Assembly: GCA_029881725.1 (NCBI GenBank)
Contig: JAOUMB010000010.1
Span: 1,539 to 65,538 of the forward strand
DNA length: 64,000 nucleotides
Reading direction: 5' to 3'
Source of the DNA: Nitrospirota bacterium
Lineage (GTDB): Bacteria > Nitrospirota > JACRHL01
Shown here one piece after another: positions 54,412-61,793 of this stretch. How positions within the stretch are numbered: position 1 is the stretch's first letter; each line of letters opens with the position of its first letter. The position numbers were made by a program, and so were the translations under genes. A model generated the notes under the pieces. That model searched no databases. It was not told the DNA's origin and worked only from the letters and a program-made list of their open reading frames with translations.

Positions 54412-57400
54412 TTAATTTGCAACACGGTTCCGCTCCCACAATCCCAGGTCGTTCATCTTGACGCAGCCGTCACCGCTCAGATCGGCCGCGGGGTTGAAGC
54501 CCGCGTTACCGGTGCACAGTCCCAGCTGCTCCATCAGCACCAGATAGTCGGCGTCGTCCACCTGACCGTCTCCGTTGATGTCGCCCGACACCGTTCCCGG
54601 TGAAATCGGAGTGACGGTGACCACCACCAGGTCGGTGGTGGCCGCGCCATCCGGGTCGGTCACGGTGAGGGTCGCGTTGTAGGTACCCGCCGCGATGTAG
54701 CTGTGCTGGGTCGGAGCGTCCAAAGTGGTCCGTCCGGTGCCGTCACCGAAGTTCCACAGATAGGTCAGCCCCGCCTGATCCAGCGGACTCGGGTCGGTGG
54801 CCGTGGCATTGAATACCGCGGGGGTTCCGACTCCGACCGTGAGATCCGGCCCGGCGTTCACCACCGGCGCCACGTTGGCCACATCGGCGTAGAAGGCCGC
54901 CTGCTGCACCAGCCCGTCGAGAATCAGCGTCAGGGTGGCGATGTAGGTGCCGCTGTCGGCATAGACGTGGTTGAAGATCACCGGTCCGGTGCCACTCACC
55001 GCCGTGGTCCCGTCACCGTAGTTCCAGGTCCACGACCCGGCCCCCAGTTCGGAGATCGGCTGGGTGATGGCGATGCCCTCGAACCCGGCCAGACGGAACC
55101 CGGCGATATTCGCCAGCGCCTCCGGACAGGTGTGCACCGCCATGGTCGCCGTCATCTCGTCGGCGCCGGCGTCCATGCAGAACTGCAACGGACGCGGGTC
55201 CCCGTCGAAGTCCGCCACCGGCAGGATGATTCCCTGCGCGGCCAGGTCGGTAATACCGGCCTGCAGGGCGGGCGATCCGTCCATGATGTGGTAGTCGCCC
55301 TGGGGCAGCAGCGGGCCGAAGTCCACCGCCACCGGCACCGCCAGCGGGTTGATGGCCACCTCACCAGCGGCGCGTACCACCACACCGGTCAGCCAGTTGT
55401 CATACGGGGCCTTGAACAGCGGCCAGTTGGCGCCGCTGCCCACATAGTTCAGGGTCGGCTGAGCCACCGGAAGGGCGCGCACCAGCGACTGGTCCGAGAA
55501 CAGGTTATGGGTCGCCCGGGTCAGAGTTCCGGTCATCTGGTACAGGTCCAGATCGTAGGCCTGCGGCAGATCGAAGGTCGTGATCGGCTCGTTCCAGCGG
55601 TACGACAGGTTGTCCCAGAACACGTTGTTGTACAGGGCCGGGTTGCTGTGCACCGGTGATCCCGGAACCTGATACGGAACCGAGTTGCGGTACACCACCA
55701 GACCCGCCGAGTGGTGACCCGGATCCAGCAGCAGGGATCCCGCCGTGGAGGTGGTCACGTTCTTGGCGATGGTGTTGTGGGTGAGCACCACATCCAGGGC
55801 GTCGTGGACCTTGATGGCGCCCTGTCCGGCCGCCACGTTGTTCACGATCTGGTTGTTCGTCACCTCGATGCGATGGGCACCGGTCTGGGTGAAGGAAATC
55901 GCCGAACCGTCCTCGGTGGAGAAGTTCCCCTGCAACCGGTTGTTGAGAATCCGCACCTGGCCGGAGCCGGTGGACGCCACGCCCACCGCGCCCGGAGGCG
56001 GACCCTTCACGCTGATGCCGCCACCGTCCACCAATGACCAGTTGAACAGCACTTCGTTGTGCTCGATGACGTTCACCCCGCCGGCCGTGGCCAGATGCGA
56101 GATGCCGCCACCACTGGTGTTGGAGCCGTTGGCGCACACCAGGTTATGGTCGATGCGGTAGTTGCTCACCCCCTGGTAGACGCCGATACCACCGGCCTCA
56201 CCCGGGGTACCGTTGTTCAGCACCAGGTTGTGATGCACGCGGGCACCGTCGATGAAGTTGTCCGGATATCCGGCGAAGCCGATGGCGATACCGCCGGTCA
56301 GCATGCCGAAGTTGTTGATCACCTTGCTGTTGGACACCACGGTGCCGTGGGCGAACACGTTCACGTGCACGCCACCGCCCAGGCGGCCGCCCTCGATCTG
56401 CAAGCCGTCGACGCGCACGCCCGGATCGGGATCCAGCGGCGTTCCAACGGGCAGCGGGTTGATGGACAGATCCCGCGCCAGCACGGTCAGCGTGGACAGG
56501 GCACCGGCGGTCGGATGAATCTGCTCCAGCAGGTTCGCGTCGCGGTTGATGTTCACGATCTGGTCCAGCTTTTGCCGCCAGAGCTGCTTGGACAGCGGCG
56601 TGACCGTCTCGCTCACGATCTGGGTGGCACCGGGGCCGAAGCCCTGAAGAGTGATGCCCTTGTAGACGATCGGGCTTTCCGGGTAGCGCACCGGGAGGTT
56701 CACGTTACCCGGCACCAGCAACAGGGTGCCATACGGAGAGCGGTCGATGGCGTCCTGAATGGTCTCGTTCGGGAACAGCGCCAGGCCCGAGCCGCCCACC
56801 GTCTCGATGTGCGGGTTATAGGCCACGCCGAGCTTGTGGATGGTCATGCCCGAAGGGGTCACCTTCAGATTGTCGGCGGTCACCAGCAACTGGTGCGGAC
56901 CGTCGGCAATCGCGGTCACCCCGTCGGCGGCGGCGATCTGCACGGTAATGGCGGTATCACTCCAGGTGGTCACCGCCAGGGGGATGCCATCCAGGGTCAC
57001 CTTGCCCAGCCCCTGCAGGGCGCCGAAGCCGGTACCAAAGATGTTCAGCACGCCGCCGGTGGCCAGCGGGTCATCCACCCCCGCGATCTGCGGGGTGCGG
57101 GTGGCCGGCTGGGCCGGATCGTCGATCAGGCACACCACGTTTTTGCTGGCAAAGAAGCCGTTCACCGGGGTCAGCGCCATGTCGGCGTAAGAGGTCTTGC
57201 CCGGATACAGCTCGAACTGCATGCGCAAGGTGTCGTAGTCCGGATTGAAGGCCGGATCGATCTGACCGCCGTAGCCCGGATGGTTGGCGTACACCGCCAC
57301 CATGTTGGGCACCATGCCGGACGGGGACGGGGCGTTCACCCGGCTGGTGGACGGCAACAGCACCTCGAAGTAGCCGTTCTCGTCGGTATAGGTGTGCACG

Positions 57401-60400
57401 ACCTCGACACCCTTGTAGTCCTGGACCGAAACCGGCACGAACGCCACGCCGCGCTTGTCGCCGAAGTTGGTCACGGTGCCGCGGGTTTCCAGGTTCAGGT
57501 TGTCGTTTACAAACCCGCGCAGACGCGCCGGGGTCGGCACCTCGGTAAACAGGTGGAAGTCCGACGCCGCGTTGTTGGCGTTGGTGACCGTCACCACCTT
57601 GAGGCCGCAGTCGTGCACCCGGGTCCCCAGGAACGGGTTGGGCGGATCGTTCAACTGCGTCACGTCATACATTGGACCCACGCAGCCGCTGGGCGCCAGC
57701 ATGGCCGCCACCGGTTCCGCATAGGGGTTGGCGCCAAAGGTATCGCCCTGGGTGAAGGCGTTGACGTCGTTGGAGGTCATCAGCTTGTACGGTTCCGGAA
57801 CATGCACCTCCACCAGGTACTTGCCCGGGGCAAGCGGTCCGCACAGGCCGCTTTCCGGGTCGAACAACGCGTTCGGGTCGGTGCTGGTATCGTCACGGCA
57901 GTCCTCGAAGAACTGATACCCGCCGTCAAACACCGCCGGTTTGATCTGGTTCCAGGTCTGCAACACGTCCCGGCACTCCAGGTCCACGTGCTGGGTGACG
58001 GTGCCGTCCGGCTGCAGCTTCTGCACGGTGCAGTTGGCGGGCGGAGCGGCGTTGTAATGGTCGGTCTGCACGGTGCCGATCAGGCGCCCCTTGCGGGCCG
58101 CGCCGGCACTCGGGTCCGGATTGGGGATCATGACTCCCGGGTTTGTGGGGTCCTCGATCATATCCGGGACCGTCACCAGGGCGCCGGTGACCGGGTCGAT
58201 CACCGCTTCGTGCAGGTGCAGGGTGATGTTGGGGATACCCGGCTCCCACGGCTCCGGCCCTTCCAGACTGACGTCGTAGTTGGCGCGGGTGGTGTTGTAC
58301 CAGACCACGCCGGACACGCCACCGTTGATGGCCACATAGTCATTGCCCGCGGCCGCGTTGCCCACGGTCGGATACGGCTTTTTACCCCAGTCGATGCGGT
58401 TGGTGCCACCTTCCAGCATGAAGGTACCCATGGTCAGCACCGGACCCACGTCGGTACGCACCTCCAACGGTGGCTCACCCAGGTTGGTCAGGCCGATAGC
58501 CGCGGTAATGGTGGCGCCGGTGGCGGCCATGTTGGTGTAGCCCACCGCCGGAACCATCCAGTGACCGAACGGGAAGAAGTGACGCAGATGGTATTCGCCG
58601 GCACCGTTGGTGACGGTGGCATACAGGGCGCTGCCGTCCCGGTGGCGGACCTCCACGGCCTCGCCGGAAAGGCCCTGCTCACCAGCATCCTGGATGCCGT
58701 TCTCGTTCCAGTCCAGGAACACGCTGCCTTTGAGCTGACCCCACCAGTCGGGGATCAACAGGGAACGCTGGGCCCCGGCGCCAAAGCGCGGATCGAACAC
58801 CTCCACATCGCGGGACTCGATGCCGTTGGCCAGCAGTTGCGGCATGGACACCGTGTAGGTGGCCATGATGAAGTCCAACGCGTCGTCGAACGCCACCAGA
58901 CTGTAGTTGCCGTCGGGCACGCCGGTGATGGCGAAATTACCGTCCGCATCGCCGCGCACCAGCGCAATCTGCTTGCCGTTGGCGTCATTAAGGGCCAACC
59001 AGGGGAAAGGCACCGGGCCACTGATGCCGTCCGGTACCGTGAACGGCGGCCGCGACGGCTCCACCTTGGACAACTTGCCCCAGAAGCGGCCGGTGCCCGG
59101 CGCCATCAGGCCCGAGTTGCAGGAGCCGACCGCGCACGGCTGCACAAAGCCGTGGAAGATCAGCGCCGCGGTCTCCACCGGGAACACGCCCTCGTTGCCT
59201 TCGAGCACAAAGGCGTCGATGACCTTGCTGCCCTCGATGGTGGTGGTCTGAATCCAACCGGAACCCTGCGGAGGCAGGGCCAGCACCTCGTACTTGCCGG
59301 CCGGGATGTTCTCAATGGAAACAAAGCCGTTGCCGTCGGTCCAGCAGGTACCGCCGGTGCCAGCAATCAGATTGCCCGCGGGATCATATTTGGAGCAGAT
59401 CGGATTGCCGTAGTAGTCCTCGGTCATCATTCCGCCGGCATCGTTGATCACGATCCTGAACGGCTGCACGGTGCCGGAACCCTGGATGTACTCGCCGGAG
59501 TTCAGGTCGTACTGGCGGCCCAGGGTGGGGGCGGTCTCGGTCTGCCAATCCCAGGTGCCGTTCAGGGGCGAGGTGTCCTCGAACACCTGCACCACGATAC
59601 GCGACAGCGGGGTGGGTCCGAAATGCACCGGCACGGTTACCGTAACCGGCGCCGCATCGACGGTAAAGGCGCGCCCGTCCATCTTGTGCAGTCCGCCGTC
59701 CAGGGCGGCCTGATCGGCGACGGTGCCATCGTTGGTGATGACGCTCACGAAGTAACGGCCCGGCAGCAGGTTGACCGTGCCCCCCACACCGCCGACCACC
59801 GTGCCCGCCGCAACCGGCGGGGTGTTGCTCTGATACTGCTTGTGGGACGGGCAGTCATCCGCCACGCCGTTGCCGTTCAGGTCCGCGCACCCCAGAAGGG
59901 ACGGGTCCACGATCGGCGTGTTGTCCACGTTGATCATGAACTTGAAGTTGGGGATCGACGTCGGCAGGCTGGTCAGCGGGTCGATGGTGTCTTCCTGCAC
60001 CAGTACGGTGACCGGAACGGTGCCGGTGGGCGGCGGGTTGGTCCAGTCCACATGGGCGGTGGACTGCACCTGCAGGGTGATGGCGGCCAGCGCCACACCC
60101 CCGTTGCCGTCCTCCGCCTGCACCTGCAGGGTCACGTCGTAGTTTCCACCGGTAGCGGAGTTGCTGATGTTGGGCCAGCTGACCGCGCCGGTGATGTTGT
60201 CGATGGTGGCACCGGGAGGCGGGCTGAGCAGGTAATAGGTGATGGTGTCGGTCACGTTCACGTCGCTGGCGACCACGGTGGCCGAAAACGAGGTGCCAGC
60301 GGTAATGGGCACGGTGCCGGTGATCGGCGTGACGCCGTTCAGCAACACCTGGTCAATTACCGGGTTCATGTTGACCGTGAGGGGAATCGCCTGGGTCACC

Positions 60401-61680
60401 GTGGTGGTGGCCATATTCAGCACCATGTGGCTGACGCCGGCCTCCAGGTTCATGGTATACGGTCCGGCATAGCCCAGCGGCACATCCCAGGAAATGCGCC
60501 CGGTGGCCGGGTCGATCAGCATGCCCGCAGGGGGCGCATCCACACCGATCGGGGCAGGCCCGGTAAAGCCGTATTGCAGGGTGGCGTCCAGATCGTCGGC
60601 CATCACACCCACCATGTCGTAGGTGTACAACTGCCCCTCGGTCGCCTGGGTGGGGGGCGTGGAAACGATGGACAAGCCGGTGGCGGCGGCGTCCTGCACC
60701 CGGATCATGGTGATCATGCCGCCCGGGAAGCGATCGCCGTTGGTAATGTCCATGGCGCGGTCGAACAGGGAATGCATCCCGGCGGCGGTCGGGGTAACGG
60801 TCAGGTCGCGGGTCTCACCCGGGGTGGTGACCGCCGAGTGGGTTTCGCGCGGGAAGTTCTCGGGGAAGCCGTCGGTGGCGATCGCGGTCTGCTCCAGGTT
60901 GTCGATCACGATGACGTGATCCTGGGAGCTGGCGTTGACGTAGCGCAGCAGAATGGTGCCACCGGCGTGGCCCAGGATTTCCCGGGTTTCCGGATAGGCC
61001 TTGCCGTTGATCAGCCAGTAGTATGGCTTGAAATAAAGGGGGTTGTAGGAGCCGGTATGGGTTCCACCGGCATACACGGCGTTGTGCCATACCGGGTCGA
61101 TGTCGCTCAGCACGATCACCGCCTCCCGGTCGTTGGCGCCGCCCCCCGCATAGGCGATGCGGTTGGTAACCGGATCGTAGCCGGCGGGGCGCACGATCAG
61201 CGCGCCGTGCAGACCCATCTGCACCTGCTTGGACTGGTTGGTGGCGCTCTCATACAGGAAGGTGCCGGCACGGGGCGCCAGCACGGAAAACGATCCGCTG
61301 GTTCCGGGGGCGATCTCGGTGGTATAGGAACGCTTGGCGGCGGCCGAGGCGTCGGTGCTCGGCACGATGCTCAACCCCGGCACCATGAACGAGGTGGCTT
61401 CCGGCAGATCATTCTTGATGTTCACGGTCAGGCCCATGCCGGGGGAAACCTCCAGCACCGGGCCGGGAAGGGTCGGTGCGGGTGCGGCGGCGCAGGTGGG
61501 GTCGGCGCCGCAGTCGGCATATCCCCAAATGGGCACCGTCACCCCGTCCGGCATGGTCACCGTGCCGGTGGCCGCCCGCAGGTTATAGGTTTCCGCCCAG
61601 GCGTTTCCAGACCATCCGGCGCCCAGCAGGAGCGCCAGCATTGCCGTGAAAAGAATGCTCTTGTAACAGCGGCTAACCAT
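54412..61680 (-). CDS. Giant secreted multidomain protein of about 2420 aa: N-terminal copper-ligand-free cupredoxin/MCO-like domain, Ig/cadherin-like and CarD-like beta-sandwich domains, right-handed parallel beta-helix, two PKD domains, C-terminal type-I dockerin.
   Basis: RBS GAGGTGG plus ATG MVSRCYKSILFTAMLALLLGAGWSGNAWA. N-terminus ETYNLRAATGTVTMPDGVTVPIWGY...GTFLYESATNQSKQVQMGLHGALIV parallels the adjacent MCO genes but lacks His/Cys ligands. PbH1-like repeats (NNFGMLTGGIAIGF...HHNLVLNNG...GGIGVYQGVSNYRIDHNLVCANG...GGGISV). PKD motifs WTWNYGDGTTAV...YADSGTYIATLT and YLWNFGDGTG...YIAAGTYNATLTVTDPDG. C-terminal GDINGDGQVDDADYLVLMEQLG...ADLSGDGCVKMNDLGLW. Confidence 0.85.
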   Translation of the reverse strand: MVSRCYKSILFTAMLALLLGAGWSGNAWAETYNLRAATGTVTMPDGVTVPIWGYADCGADPTCAAAPAPTLPGPVLEVSPGMGLTVNIKNDLPEATSFMVPGLSIVPSTDASAAAKRSYTTEIAPGTSGSFSVLAPRAGTFLYESATNQSKQVQMGLHGALIVRPAGYDPVTNRIAYAGGGANDREAVIVLSDIDPVWHNAVYAGGTHTGSYNPLYFKPYYWLINGKAYPETREILGHAGGTILLRYVNASSQDHVIVIDNLEQTAIATDGFPENFPRETHSAVTTPGETRDLTVTPTAAGMHSLFDRAMDITNGDRFPGGMITMIRVQDAAATGLSIVSTPPTQATEGQLYTYDMVGVMADDLDATLQYGFTGPAPIGVDAPPAGMLIDPATGRISWDVPLGYAGPYTMNLEAGVSHMVLNMATTTVTQAIPLTVNMNPVIDQVLLNGVTPITGTVPITAGTSFSATVVASDVNVTDTITYYLLSPPPGATIDNITGAVSWPNISNSATGGNYDVTLQVQAEDGNGGVALAAITLQVQSTAHVDWTNPPPTGTVPVTVLVQEDTIDPLTSLPTSIPNFKFMINVDNTPIVDPSLLGCADLNGNGVADDCPSHKQYQSNTPPVAAGTVVGGVGGTVNLLPGRYFVSVITNDGTVADQAALDGGLHKMDGRAFTVDAAPVTVTVPVHFGPTPLSRIVVQVFEDTSPLNGTWDWQTETAPTLGRQYDLNSGEYIQGSGTVQPFRIVINDAGGMMTEDYYGNPICSKYDPAGNLIAGTGGTCWTDGNGFVSIENIPAGKYEVLALPPQGSGWIQTTTIEGSKVIDAFVLEGNEGVFPVETAALIFHGFVQPCAVGSCNSGLMAPGTGRFWGKLSKVEPSRPPFTVPDGISGPVPFPWLALNDANGKQIALVRGDADGNFAITGVPDGNYSLVAFDDALDFIMATYTVSMPQLLANGIESRDVEVFDPRFGAGAQRSLLIPDWWGQLKGSVFLDWNENGIQDAGEQGLSGEAVEVRHRDGSALYATVTNGAGEYHLRHFFPFGHWMVPAVGYTNMAATGATITAAIGLTNLGEPPLEVRTDVGPVLTMGTFMLEGGTNRIDWGKKPYPTVGNAAAGNDYVAINGGVSGVVWYNTTRANYDVSLEGPEPWEPGIPNITLHLHEAVIDPVTGALVTVPDMIEDPTNPGVMIPNPDPSAGAARKGRLIGTVQTDHYNAAPPANCTVQKLQPDGTVTQHVDLECRDVLQTWNQIKPAVFDGGYQFFEDCRDDTSTDPNALFDPESGLCGPLAPGKYLVEVHVPEPYKLMTSNDVNAFTQGDTFGANPYAEPVAAMLAPSGCVGPMYDVTQLNDPPNPFLGTRVHDCGLKVVTVTNANNAASDFHLFTEVPTPARLRGFVNDNLNLETRGTVTNFGDKRGVAFVPVSVQDYKGVEVVHTYTDENGYFEVLLPSTSRVNAPSPSGMVPNMVAVYANHPGYGGQIDPAFNPDYDTLRMQFELYPGKTSYADMALTPVNGFFASKNVVCLIDDPAQPATRTPQIAGVDDPLATGGVLNIFGTGFGALQGLGKVTLDGIPLAVTTWSDTAITVQIAAADGVTAIADGPHQLLVTADNLKVTPSGMTIHKLGVAYNPHIETVGGSGLALFPNETIQDAIDRSPYGTLLLVPGNVNLPVRYPESPIVYKGITLQGFGPGATQIVSETVTPLSKQLWRQKLDQIVNINRDANLLEQIHPTAGALSTLTVLARDLSINPLPVGTPLDPDPGVRVDGLQIEGGRLGGGVHVNVFAHGTVVSNSKVINNFGMLTGGIAIGFAGYPDNFIDGARVHHNLVLNNGTPGEAGGIGVYQGVSNYRIDHNLVCANGSNTSGGGISHLATAGGVNVIEHNEVLFNWSLVDGGGISVKGPPPGAVGVASTGSGQVRILNNRLQGNFSTEDGSAISFTQTGAHRIEVTNNQIVNNVAAGQGAIKVHDALDVVLTHNTIAKNVTTSTAGSLLLDPGHHSAGLVVYRNSVPYQVPGSPVHSNPALYNNVFWDNLSYRWNEPITTFDLPQAYDLDLYQMTGTLTRATHNLFSDQSLVRALPVAQPTLNYVGSGANWPLFKAPYDNWLTGVVVRAAGEVAINPLAVPVAVDFGPLLPQGDYHIMDGSPALQAGITDLAAQGIILPVADFDGDPRPLQFCMDAGADEMTATMAVHTCPEALANIAGFRLAGFEGIAITQPISELGAGSWTWNYGDGTTAVSGTGPVIFNHVYADSGTYIATLTLILDGLVQQAAFYADVANVAPVVNAGPDLTVGVGTPAVFNATATDPSPLDQAGLTYLWNFGDGTGRTTLDAPTQHSYIAAGTYNATLTVTDPDGAATTDLVVVTVTPISPGTVSGDINGDGQVDDADYLVLMEQLGLCTGNAGFNPAADLSGDGCVKMNDLGLWERNRVAN

Positions 61681-61793
61681 GTTCACCACCTCGTTCCTCA
61701 CCGGAGTCATATTCATATTCCTTGCCCCCGAAATCCTCTGGGTACGGCTTTGCAGCCCGTCACGCCGGTCACACATACCATTCCGATCCATGA

